Program-made: the position numbers and the translations under genes
Notes under the pieces: model-generated
Told to the model about the DNA's origin: nothing
The model's database searches: none
Seen by the model: only the letters and a program-made list of their open reading frames with translations
DNA from: Candidatus Kuenenia stuttgartensis
GTDB taxonomy: Bacteria > Planctomycetota > Phycisphaerae > Phycisphaerales > SM1A02
Length of the DNA: 64,000 bases
Direction of reading: 5' to 3'
Assembly: GCA_945902075.1 (NCBI GenBank)
Contig: CAMDMA010000003.1
Span: forward strand, 5,022-69,021
Shown: positions 17,508 through 26,152 of the stretch, piece by piece
How positions within the stretch are numbered: the stretch's first letter is position 1
Layout: each line of letters starts with the position of its first letter

Positions 17508-18500
17508 ATGGTTGCGAACGCAGTAGATTCAACTCGGGCTCCGCTAGCAATTGATCTTGTTGATGTGACGAAGATGTATGCAGGCCGCGTGCATGCACTA
17601 CAAGGGGTCTCGATGCGCGTCCCGCGCGGTGAAATCTTCGGACTTCTCGGGCCGAATGGCGCGGGAAAATCGACGTTGGTCAAAATCATGACGACGATTG
17701 TCCGGGCGACGACCGCGAGTGGAACGATCCTCGGCGCTCCCGTGGGCAATCGTCCGACGCTCGCGCGCGTGGGCTATCTCCCAGAGCATCATCGATTTCC
17801 CCAGTATCTCACGGGTCGTCAGTGTGTTGAGTTTTTCGGCGCAATGAGCCTTATGCGACGTACAGACCGAAAGCGACGCGCGAGCGAAATGCTTGAAGTT
17901 GTCGGAATGGCAGCGTGGGGTGATCGGCGCGTCGGTACCTATTCGAAGGGCATGCAGCAGCGAACTGGCCTCGCCGCGGCGCTTGTGAACGACCCCGAAC
18001 TCGTCATCCTTGATGAGCCGACAGATGGCGTTGATCCGGTCGGGCGCCACGAGATTCGCGATGTACTACTGCGTATGCGCGAGGAAGGACGCACGGTCTT
18101 CCTCAACAGTCATCTGCTCGGTGAAGTCGAGTTGATCTGTGATCGCGTGGCCATCATGCTGAAGGGCCGTGTCGAACGCCAGGGTTGTCTCGCTGAACTC
18201 ACGCAAGACAGTCGGCGCTGGCGCGTTTCTATCGAGGGTGCGATGCCCTCATGGGTCGCAGGAATTGGTGCCACGGGTGAGGACCGCGGTCGCGCGCATG
18301 TCGAGTTCAAGGCGGACGATGTTGACGAGTTGCAGCGGTTAATCGACCGACTACGCGCGGAAAATGCGCGCATCGTCGGCGTGACCGAACAACGCGAATC
18401 GCTCGAAGAACTGTTCATGCGCCTTGTTCGCGATGTTGACGGCCGTACAAGCGCGGTCGGTGCATCCAACGTCAACGCATCGATGAGGATTCCGCGATGA
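17508..18500 (+). CDS. ABC transporter ATP-binding protein (ABC-2/DrrA-like exporter type)
   Basis: Walker A GPNGAGKST, signature YSKGMQQR and Walker B ILDEPTDGVD. ATG 17508 was chosen because the 5' part of the ORF from 17451 overlaps the divergent gene. Confidence 0.85.
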   Translation: MVANAVDSTRAPLAIDLVDVTKMYAGRVHALQGVSMRVPRGEIFGLLGPNGAGKSTLVKIMTTIVRATTASGTILGAPVGNRPTLARVGYLPEHHRFPQYLTGRQCVEFFGAMSLMRRTDRKRRASEMLEVVGMAAWGDRRVGTYSKGMQQRTGLAAALVNDPELVILDEPTDGVDPVGRHEIRDVLLRMREEGRTVFLNSHLLGEVELICDRVAIMLKGRVERQGCLAELTQDSRRWRVSIEGAMPSWVAGIGATGEDRGRAHVEFKADDVDELQRLIDRLRAENARIVGVTEQRESLEELFMRLVRDVDGRTSAVGASNVNASMRIPR

Positions 18501-19657
18501 ATCAGGCCCGAAACTCGGCGCGAGTGAGCGACCAACTTCATTCGCTCTATCGAACCCACCTCACGCTCTCCGATTACGCGGTGCAGACTTGGGGGCTGTT
18601 CGTCTCAGCGTATCGTGAGCTGAATGCGCGAAAATTGTTTTGGGTCGCACTCGCACTGAATGCGCTTGTCATTGGCGCGGTTGCGGCCGTTGGTATCGAT
18701 GAGACGGGGATCTCGATTCTCGGCTACGACCTCGATATTCCGGGCGTAACGAGCAAGATGTTTCCCGACGGGCAGTTATACAAAACGATTATCTCTGCAC
18801 TCGGTGTTGGATTTTGGCTCTCTTGGCTTTCGACGATTCTTGCGCTGCTATCAACTGCATCGATGTTCCCAGATCTCGCGACCGGCGGTGTTGACACGAT
18901 GCTGTCGAAGCCCATTGGACGCACGCGACTCTTTCTCACCAAGTTCGCAACCGGTCTGCTCTTCACGGCGTTACAGGTGGCTGTCTTTGCGGTGCTGGCG
19001 TATCTCGTACTCGGCATTCGTGGGGGCGTGTGGGAGGTTGGGATCTTCGTCGTGGTGCCGCTGATGGTGGTGTTTTTCAGTTATCTGTTTGCGCTGCAGG
19101 CGGTTGTTGGAATGGTGACGAAGTCGCCGATCGCATCTGTGATCGTGACACTTCTCTTTTGGATTTTCATCTTCCTTGTGCATGCAGGCGAGCAGTTCAC
19201 CCTGCTTGGGAGCACCGCGTCGCGGCTTGAGATCGAAGGAATTGAGGCGAAAGCAGCGTCACTCCAGACGGATGAAGCAAGATCGGGTCTTGCGACTCCG
19301 CTCGAGTCGGCGAAGCGAGCCAATGAAAACTGGCAACTCGCGCACGGCATTTTTTATTCCGCGAAGACAGTTCTTCCAAAGACCACCGAGACTGCAGGAT
19401 TGGTCACGCGTGCCCTTGCGGTGGCGGCAAACATCGGCTCGGAATCGGATGGCGAGGGTGGTGGCGGAGAGGACGAAAACACTCGTCGGCAGCGAGGTTT
19501 CTTTCGATCTCAGTTTGTGAGTGAACGCAAGTTGCGAGCAGCCATGAACGAGGAGATGTCCTCACGGCCGGTATGGTGGGTCGTAGGCACGAGCTTTGGC
19601 TTTGAGTGCGTAGTGCTCGCTGCGGGCATCTGGTACTTCAGGCGGCGCGATTTCTGA
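18497..19657 (+). CDS. ABC-2-type transporter permease
   Basis: 386 aa, multi-TM. Its start overlaps the ATPase stop (ATGA). Confidence 0.6.
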   Translation: MNQARNSARVSDQLHSLYRTHLTLSDYAVQTWGLFVSAYRELNARKLFWVALALNALVIGAVAAVGIDETGISILGYDLDIPGVTSKMFPDGQLYKTIISALGVGFWLSWLSTILALLSTASMFPDLATGGVDTMLSKPIGRTRLFLTKFATGLLFTALQVAVFAVLAYLVLGIRGGVWEVGIFVVVPLMVVFFSYLFALQAVVGMVTKSPIASVIVTLLFWIFIFLVHAGEQFTLLGSTASRLEIEGIEAKAASLQTDEARSGLATPLESAKRANENWQLAHGIFYSAKTVLPKTTETAGLVTRALAVAANIGSESDGEGGGGEDENTRRQRGFFRSQFVSERKLRAAMNEEMSSRPVWWVVGTSFGFECVVLAAGIWYFRRRDF

Positions 19658-19705
19658 CCGATGCCGCGACGACTCATGATGCTCGAGATTGATCGCGTGA
19701 CGCTT

Positions 19706-20521
19706 TTAAGGCCGGCCAAGCTCCGCACCACGATCTCGCGCAGCGCGCAACGTTTCCAACATCAGCGCGTCGAGCCCGCCAACGCGGGAACAGTCGTCGT
19801 CGAGACGAGCGACTCCCGCAGCGGTAGTCCCACCCTTACTCGTGACCTTTGCTCTCAACACTTCGGGTTCCTCGCGGGTTTCCTCGAGAAGCGTCGCCGC
19901 ACCGATTAGCGTCTCTCGTGCGAGGGCGCGCGCTTTGTCGGTTGGAAGGCCGATTTGCTCCGCAGCGTACGACCAGGCTTCTAGGAAGCGAAAGACGAAG
20001 GCGGGGCCTGAGCCGCTCACGGCGGTAACGGCATCGAAAAGCGCCTCGGGTACACGGATCGTGCGCCCCACGGAGGCGAAGAGTTGTTCGGCGCGAAGGA
20101 AGTCTGCTTCCGCGACATCGGCGTCGGAAGCGATGGCGGTGATTCCGCGGCGCACGGCAGCGGGGGTATTCGGCATCACGCGGACAACTCGGGCGTGACC
20201 GCCTAATGCATCGCGGATGGCATTGCTGCGGACGCCGGCCATGACTGAGACGATCAGGGGTCCATGAGCGGGGATGGCACCGAGCGCGGCAGCAGCTTCA
20301 GCGAAGCTCTGCGGCTTCACGGCGAGAACGGCGATTTCGCTCCCATGAACGCCTTGGGCGGAAACAACGCGAAGGCCCATTTCACGCGCCTCGTCGAGCC
20401 GAACCTGATCCGGCTCGAGGACGCCAATTTCACTCGGAGCGGCGATGCCAGACTCGATCGCACCACGGACGATCGCATGTCCAACGTTTCCGAAACCGAC
20501 TACGGCGAGGCGGGGGTGCAT
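19706..20521 (-). CDS. proC: Pyrroline-5-carboxylate reductase
   Basis: LAVVGFGNVGHAI (NADP-binding), SVMAGV, RVMPNTPA and VTSKGGTTAAG. Confidence 0.85.
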   Translation of the reverse strand: MHPRLAVVGFGNVGHAIVRGAIESGIAAPSEIGVLEPDQVRLDEAREMGLRVVSAQGVHGSEIAVLAVKPQSFAEAAAALGAIPAHGPLIVSVMAGVRSNAIRDALGGHARVVRVMPNTPAAVRRGITAIASDADVAEADFLRAEQLFASVGRTIRVPEALFDAVTAVSGSGPAFVFRFLEAWSYAAEQIGLPTDKARALARETLIGAATLLEETREEPEVLRAKVTSKGGTTAAGVARLDDDCSRVGGLDALMLETLRAARDRGAELGRP

Positions 20522-20545
20522 GCCGGGAGGGTACCGGCGGTTGCA

Positions 20546-20565
20546 AATCTAGGACAGGCATGCAT
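20546..20565 (+). repeat. 20-nt intergenic motif, copy h
   Basis: AATCTAGGACAGGCATGCAT, 25 bp from the proC start codon in the proC/accA divergent spacer. Confidence 0.85.
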
Positions 20566-20628
20566 CGGACATGTATCGGGCATGACTCGTCTCGTGGTTG
20601 GTAACGGTTGGTAAGAATCGGGGACAAG

Positions 20629-20648
20629 AATCTGGGACAGGCAAGCAT
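20629..20648 (+). repeat. 20-nt intergenic motif, copy i
   Basis: AATCTGGGACAGGCAAGCAT, preceded by the half copy AATCGGGGACAAG and 27 bp upstream of the accA ATG. Confidence 0.85.
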
Positions 20649-20674
20649 CGCGGTGCATCCGATACAATCTCTCG

Positions 20675-21670
20675 ATGCCCCGACCTGGCTACAGCCCGCT
20701 CTACCAACTCGATTTTGAGAACCCAGTCCTTGATATCGAGCGTCAAATCGACGCGATTGAGGAGCGCCCAGATGCCGAGCGTTACGCCGACGAGCTCGCT
20801 CAACTCAACGCGACTCGGGAGAGCCTGCTTCAGAAGGTCTACTCCGGCTTGACCCCTTGGCAGACCGTCCGCATCGCCCGCCACCCACTTCGTCCCCAGA
20901 CATACGACTACATGTCGATGATTTGCCGCGACTTCTGCGAATTGCATGGCGACCGAGCTTTCGGTGATGATTCCGCAATCGTGACGGGCTTCGCGCGCAT
21001 TGGCTCCGTGAAGTGCATGTTCATCGGTCACAACAAGGGAAAGACAGTCGCCGAAAAGGTTGCTGCAAACTTCGGCTGTGCGCACCCCGAGGGTTATCGC
21101 AAAGCACTTTTGAAGATGAAGCTCGCTGAAAAGCTTGGGCTGCCGATCGTCACGCTTGTCGATACTCCCGGTGCATATCCCGGCATCGGAAGTGAGCAGC
21201 GCGGACAGGCTCAGGCGATCGCAATCAATTTGCTTGAAATGAGCCGGCTGCGCACGCCAATCGTTTCCGTCGTCATTGGTGAAGGTGGCTCGGGGGGTGC
21301 GCTTGGGATCGCCGTCGCTGACCGAGTCGCGATGCTTGAACACGCTTGGTACTCGGTGATCTCGCCCGAAGGTTGCGCGGCCATCCTGTGGAAGGAGGCC
21401 AACGAGCAGACCAACAATCGAGCCGCGGAGTGCCTCGCCTTGACCGCACGCCGAAATCTTGAGAATGGGCTTGTCGACGAGGTCATTCCCGAGCCTCTCG
21501 GCGGAGCTCATCGAGATCCACGCAAGGCTGCTGACGCGCTGCAGACGTGGATTGTCGATCGACTTCGAGATCTCGCGAGGCTCAACCCAGATACCTTGGT
21601 TCGTCAGCGGTTTGAGAAGTTCCGCAAGATGGGCGCTTTCCGTGACGAGATGGCCGCTGTAACCACCTGA
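20675..21670 (+). CDS. accA: Acetyl-CoA carboxylase carboxyltransferase alpha subunit
   Basis: LDFENPV..IARHPLRPQTYDY..LVDTPGAYPGIGSEQRGQAQAIA..VIGEGGSGGALG. Confidence 0.9.
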   Translation: MPRPGYSPLYQLDFENPVLDIERQIDAIEERPDAERYADELAQLNATRESLLQKVYSGLTPWQTVRIARHPLRPQTYDYMSMICRDFCELHGDRAFGDDSAIVTGFARIGSVKCMFIGHNKGKTVAEKVAANFGCAHPEGYRKALLKMKLAEKLGLPIVTLVDTPGAYPGIGSEQRGQAQAIAINLLEMSRLRTPIVSVVIGEGGSGGALGIAVADRVAMLEHAWYSVISPEGCAAILWKEANEQTNNRAAECLALTARRNLENGLVDEVIPEPLGGAHRDPRKAADALQTWIVDRLRDLARLNPDTLVRQRFEKFRKMGAFRDEMAAVTT

Positions 21671-21818
21671 ATTGACGGATATCCGCTCTTTTCCCCGTAC
21701 GAATCGCCTTCGATGCCTTTGACGCTTCGTTCGGTCCTTGCTACGCTCTAGCCCCCTCAGGCTCAGATCGCGCTGTAGACGCGTCGGCCGTTTGAAGAGA
21801 GAGAGATCCTTCTTGGCG

Positions 21819-23123
21819 ATGAAGAAAGACCCGACGAAGGGCGCGGCGAAAGCCGTGACCAAGGCGAAGGCTCCCCCGAAGTCTCTCCCGACGGCCCCCG
21901 CGAAAGCACCCGCGAAAGCCGGCGCGAAAGTTGTCGCGAAGGCCCAGCCACCGGCAAAGGCGGCAGCAAAGGCTGTTGTCAAATCGCCGCCTTCCAAATC
22001 GCCGCCTTCCAAGTCGCCGCCTTCCAAGTCGCCGCCTTCCAAATCGCCGCCTTCCAAGTCGCCGCCTTCCAAGTCGCCGCCCTCTAAGTCGCCGCCCTCC
22101 AAGTCGCCGCCCTCCAAGTCACCGCCTTTGAGGTCAGCGAAGCAAGCTGTCGCGACTTCGAAGTCAACATCAAATGGTGTGACCAAGTCTGGATCCGCAT
22201 CCAACGCGAAGACGGTCCCCGTTGCGAAGCCAGCAGCGGGCGCGGCAGTTAAGAAGGTGAATGGTCCGTCGGTATCCAACGACGTTGCGGCTGGAAATCC
22301 ATCTAAGAACGGCAATGGCGCCTCGCTTAAGTCCACCGCCTCGAAATCATCTGAGTCGAAAGCGACGACATTGAAGTCTCTATCGCCGGCAGCGTCGTCC
22401 AAGCCCGCGGCAGCGTCGTCCAAGCCCGCGGCAGCGTCGGCCACACCCACGGCAGCGGCCACCAAGCCTGCGGCCACCAAGGGCGCTGCCGCAACCAAGC
22501 CCGGGCCACTCGACACGCCGATCGTGCCGAAGAAGGGTCCCATCGATCTCGCGCAGCACAAGTCTGTCGCCGCAGCCGCAGCCGCCGTCGCGCATGCGCG
22601 CGGTGGGGACTCAGGCGAATTCATCATCATCAACGGACGTCGTGTGCGCGCGATCTCGACGAGTAGCATCACACTGCCGAAAAAGACGAAGAATTCCGCA
22701 GCGGAAGCGCCGCCACCGCCGACTGAGCAACAGATCGCGTCGATCAAGACGAAGATGCCGAAGAAGGAACTCGACGAGTATCGCGAGTTGCTTCGTGCAA
22801 AGCGTCGTCAACTTGTTGGCATGCTGAATGGCATGGAAGATGAAGCGCTTCGATCTTCGGGCGGAAATCTCTCCAATATGCCGGTCCACATGGCCGACAT
22901 GGGCTCAGATGTTTACGAGCAGGATTTCACGCTTGGGATGGCTGAGACGGAGAGGTTGATCCTCGACGAGATCGACGCTGCGCTCCAACGCATTGAAGAT
23001 AAGACCTTTGGTGTCTGCCAGATGACAGGGAAGCCCATCTCAAAGGCTCGCCTCGATGCCAAGCCTTGGGCGAAGTTTACGATCGAGGCCGAGCGCATCT
23101 CTGAGGCCAGCGGCGGACGCTGA
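21819..23123 (+). CDS. DksA/TraR-family protein with a Lys/Ala/Pro-rich histone-H1-like N-terminal tail
   Basis: ATG 21819 (MKKDPTKGAAKAV). About 300 aa are low-complexity (KAPAKAGAK.., 10 x KSPPS, PAASSK repeats). The C-terminal ~130 aa are DksA-like (ELDEYRELLRAKRRQL..DEIDAALQRIEDKTFGVCQMTGKPISKARLDAKPWAKFTIEAE). Only one of the four usual zinc-finger Cys residues is present. Confidence 0.65.
   Translation: MKKDPTKGAAKAVTKAKAPPKSLPTAPAKAPAKAGAKVVAKAQPPAKAAAKAVVKSPPSKSPPSKSPPSKSPPSKSPPSKSPPSKSPPSKSPPSKSPPSKSPPLRSAKQAVATSKSTSNGVTKSGSASNAKTVPVAKPAAGAAVKKVNGPSVSNDVAAGNPSKNGNGASLKSTASKSSESKATTLKSLSPAASSKPAAASSKPAAASATPTAAATKPAATKGAAATKPGPLDTPIVPKKGPIDLAQHKSVAAAAAAVAHARGGDSGEFIIINGRRVRAISTSSITLPKKTKNSAAEAPPPPTEQQIASIKTKMPKKELDEYRELLRAKRRQLVGMLNGMEDEALRSSGGNLSNMPVHMADMGSDVYEQDFTLGMAETERLILDEIDAALQRIEDKTFGVCQMTGKPISKARLDAKPWAKFTIEAERISEASGGR
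21980..22129 (+). repeat. 10 x 15-bp in-frame tandem repeat (AARTCGCCGCCYTCY) encoding (KSPPS)n
   Basis: Read directly: 9 near-identical units plus one degenerate unit. A second 21-bp x ~2.5 repeat (GCAGCGTCGTCCAAGCCCGCG) lies near 22390-22440. Confidence 0.9.
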
Positions 23124-23131
23124 CTTCAAAG

Positions 23132-23815
23132 ATGGGCGACACCGCACCGCACGTCAACATGCACGTCACCACGCAGAGCAACATGTCTGAGCGTGCAGCT
23201 TGGCGCTCGATGACCGCCTGGGTCACGCTCTCTTTCGTGTTCGCGTCTGGGCTCGCGCTTGATCTCTGGTCGAAGGCGTGGGCTTTCGAGGCCATCGCTG
23301 GATATCCGGTTGAACTCGCCCGCGAACGAGTGCTCAACGATCCATCGTTCTTCGTCCCCCACCATGCGCGATACATTGCTCTTCCCGCCGATTTGCTTGA
23401 TTTCCGCCTCGTTCTGAATCATGGTGCCGTCTTCGGAATCGGACAGCAGCGACGGGAGCTCTTCATTGTGTTCACGGCACTTGCGACAATTGCTGCGATC
23501 TTGCTCTTCGCCCGCGGAACACGTGCGCGTATGCATGCATCACACGTTGCGATTGGCCTGATTCTCGCCGGAGGAATCGGCAATCTTTATGACCGGATCT
23601 TCTACGGTGCTGTGCGCGATTTTCTGCACATGCTTCCGAATTGGCAACTCCCAAATGGATGGTCTTGGCCGGGAAACACCAATGGCGATGTCTTCCCGTG
23701 GGTCTTCAACGTTGCGGATGTGATGTTACTCGCCGGTATGGCACTGTTTGTGCTAACGAGTTACGCCGAGGATCGCCGCGTCAGACGCTCGATCAAGGTT
23801 ACGGAGACGGCGTAG
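23132..23815 (+). CDS. lspA: Lipoprotein signal peptidase (signal peptidase II)
   Basis: LDLWSK, NHGAVFGIG, GGIGNLYDRI..GAVRDFL and FNVADVML. Confidence 0.8.
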   Translation: MGDTAPHVNMHVTTQSNMSERAAWRSMTAWVTLSFVFASGLALDLWSKAWAFEAIAGYPVELARERVLNDPSFFVPHHARYIALPADLLDFRLVLNHGAVFGIGQQRRELFIVFTALATIAAILLFARGTRARMHASHVAIGLILAGGIGNLYDRIFYGAVRDFLHMLPNWQLPNGWSWPGNTNGDVFPWVFNVADVMLLAGMALFVLTSYAEDRRVRRSIKVTETA

Positions 23816-24542
23816 CCGAATCTGCGGCTTTCGCAGCCATTGCGGAGAGCGCGGTTTCAAGAGGAATCAAGCATGATTCGTCGATCGCCTCGGGAAGTTC
23901 GTCAAGTTTTCGCGCCAAGCGGTCAGTGAACGGACCAACGGCGGTTCGTCTCAAAGTTGCGCAGTGTCCGCCTGTGCCAAGTGCCACTCCCAGATCACGG
24001 GCGAGACTTCGGACGTAAAAACCTTTTCCCGTACGCATCGAAATGCGCGCAATCGGCCAGTCGTAGGCCATCAGTGCGATCTCATGGACGGCCACTGCGC
24101 GCGGTGGAAGTTCTGGCGGTGCGTCATTGCGCGCAAGTTGGTAGGCACGCTTTCCTGCGACGTGAATAGCGCTGAATGCGGGTGGTCGCTGTGAAATTGT
24201 CCCGCGGAAGTTCTGGAGTACAGACTCAACTTTCTCGCGCGCTGGAGGGTTCGCGATCATGACCTCGCGACGCTCGCCTTCGCGATCATCCGTTGTGGTA
24301 AACGCCGACAAATCCACGTCAGTTTCATAGCGCTTCTCAGTCGCCATCAGCAGGTCGATGGCCTTCGTCGCACGGCCGAAAGCGATCACGAGTACGCCAG
24401 TCGCAAGTGGGTCGAGGGTGCCCGCGTGGCCAGCCTTCGCGCGGCCCGCGCGGCGTCGAGCGATTTCCACCGCACGCATGGAACTCATGCCGAGGTCCTT
24501 GTCGAGCACGAGAATTCCGGTGAGATCGGTGAGGTAACGCAT
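23799..24542 (-). CDS. truB: tRNA pseudouridine(55) synthase
   Basis: GILVLDKDLGMSS..AGHAGTLDPLATGVLVIAFGRATK. Its 3' end overlaps the lspA 3' end by 17 nt (convergent). Confidence 0.85.
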   Translation of the reverse strand: MRYLTDLTGILVLDKDLGMSSMRAVEIARRRAGRAKAGHAGTLDPLATGVLVIAFGRATKAIDLLMATEKRYETDVDLSAFTTTDDREGERREVMIANPPAREKVESVLQNFRGTISQRPPAFSAIHVAGKRAYQLARNDAPPELPPRAVAVHEIALMAYDWPIARISMRTGKGFYVRSLARDLGVALGTGGHCATLRRTAVGPFTDRLARKLDELPEAIDESCLIPLETALSAMAAKAADSATPSP

Positions 24543-24598
24543 GGCGCGTAGTGTGGCGATTTTGACACATGGCGTGGGAGGGTCGATAGCATGCGCTT

Positions 24599-26143
24599 AT
24601 GGATGGATATTCGCTGCTGGTGGGAATCGGCGTCGGTTTGCTCATGGGCGGAATCGCGGCGTTTGTGATTGCAAATCTGCTCTCTCGCGCGCGATCGGCA
24701 GCGGCAGGTGCTGCAAATGAAGCAGTGCGCCGCGAGTTTGATTCCATGCGCGCCGAGCGCGACGCCATGCGAGGAAGCGTTGCTCTGTTGCAGCAGTCGG
24801 AGGCGTCGGCAAAAGCACTTCACGGTGCCGCACAACAAGCATCACTCGAACTCCGTGCACAAGTCGAAGCAGAGCGCGCACGTATTGAATCTGAGCGTGC
24901 GCGCGTTGAGCAGGAGTCTGCGCTTCGCGCGCGTACTCAACAGGAACTCCGCGCGATTGAGGAGCGCTCTGCGGAGCGTGAGGAGTCGCTAAAGCGTCAA
25001 CTTGCCGAACGCGAGAAGTCGATCAACGATCTCCGTCAGACCATTGAGCAAGCCCGCACATCGCTCACGGAAACTTTCAAAGCTGCGGGTGCTGATGTGA
25101 TGCGGACAACGACCGAAACGCTCATTCAACAAGCGAGACAGCAATTCGAGGGGCAACAGAAACTCTCGCAACTCGATCTCGAGGCTCGTCAGAAGGCGAT
25201 TGACGCGACACTCGTTCCGCTTCGGGAGCAACTCGCGAAGCAGGAAGAGCTCGTCAAGCAACTCGGAGAAAAACGCGAGGGCGATGCGAAGTCGCTTGGT
25301 GAACAACTCAAGCAGATCGCGGAGTTGCAGCAGAAGGCTTCGAGCGCAGCGCAGATGCTCGCTGGTGCGATGCGCGACAATCGTCAGCGCGGGCAATGGG
25401 GCGAAGTCGCGCTCCGATCGGTGGTCGAGATGGCAGGCCTTACGGCCGGGATCCACTTTACCGAACAGGAGAGTCTGGATGGTGACGCGGGTCGATTGCG
25501 TCCGGACATGATCGTGCGGCTTCCGAGCGAGCGGTTCATCGCGGTCGATAGCAAAGTTCCACTCAGTGGCTACATGCAATCCATCGAGCCAGATATCACC
25601 GATGCAGCGCGTGCGGATTTTCGTCGGCAACATGCGGACGCTTTGCGAAGCCATGTCCGGACGCTGCACTCGCGCGGCTATGCCGCTGCAGTTGCGGGTG
25701 AAGTGGAGTTCACTGTGTTGTTCATTCCAATCGAGAGTGCATTTACTGCTGCGTTTGAAACGGACCCAAGTATTCACGAGGAAGCGATGCGTAAGAAGGT
25801 CCTTGTCGTAACCCCGAGCACACTTCTCGCGCTATTGCGGACGGTCGCCATGCATTGGAGTAATGCGCGGCTTGCAGAAAATGCGGCCAAGATCGGCGAT
25901 GAAGCAAAGGAGCTGGTCAAGCGCATCGGGATCTTCGTCAAGCACTTGAATGGCGTCGGCGAGAAACTCGGTGCCGCCAACGAGGCATACAACTCGGCAC
26001 TCAGCTCCTTTGAAAAACGCTTGATTCCTTCAGTAAATCGCGTTGCACAACTCTCCGCGGTCGAGGATGTCGAGCTCGGGGATGCGATAGATGAAACGCC
26101 TCGGCGACTCATGCTTCCACACGCAGACGACCCCGATGCGTGA
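24599..26143 (+). CDS. rmuC: DNA recombination protein RmuC
   Basis: An N-terminal TM helix, a long coiled coil, and RPDMIVRLPSERFIAVDSKVPL plus the C-terminal nuclease-like region typical of RmuC. Confidence 0.8.
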   Translation: MDGYSLLVGIGVGLLMGGIAAFVIANLLSRARSAAAGAANEAVRREFDSMRAERDAMRGSVALLQQSEASAKALHGAAQQASLELRAQVEAERARIESERARVEQESALRARTQQELRAIEERSAEREESLKRQLAEREKSINDLRQTIEQARTSLTETFKAAGADVMRTTTETLIQQARQQFEGQQKLSQLDLEARQKAIDATLVPLREQLAKQEELVKQLGEKREGDAKSLGEQLKQIAELQQKASSAAQMLAGAMRDNRQRGQWGEVALRSVVEMAGLTAGIHFTEQESLDGDAGRLRPDMIVRLPSERFIAVDSKVPLSGYMQSIEPDITDAARADFRRQHADALRSHVRTLHSRGYAAAVAGEVEFTVLFIPIESAFTAAFETDPSIHEEAMRKKVLVVTPSTLLALLRTVAMHWSNARLAENAAKIGDEAKELVKRIGIFVKHLNGVGEKLGAANEAYNSALSSFEKRLIPSVNRVAQLSAVEDVELGDAIDETPRRLMLPHADDPDA

Positions 26144-26152
26144 GTGAGCGAA

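Noticed and set aside
696-20648. Reading the motif GGGACAGGCATGC as a sigma-54 promoter (GG..N..GC)
   Set aside because: In TGGCAC-N5-TTGC the GG-to-GC offset is 12 nt. In every motif copy the only available GG..GC pairing has an 11-nt offset, and sigma-54 is intolerant of spacing changes. Several copies also lie between convergent genes where no promoter is needed.
20549-22747. 732-aa ORF on the minus strand, the longest ORF in the track, containing a striking (GGDLE)n repeat
   Set aside because: It runs antisense through accA and the DksA-like gene, both of which have clear family motifs. Its repeat is simply the reverse complement of the (KSPPS)n coding repeat. Its composition (Ala/Gly/Arg-rich) is typical of antisense frames in high-GC DNA.
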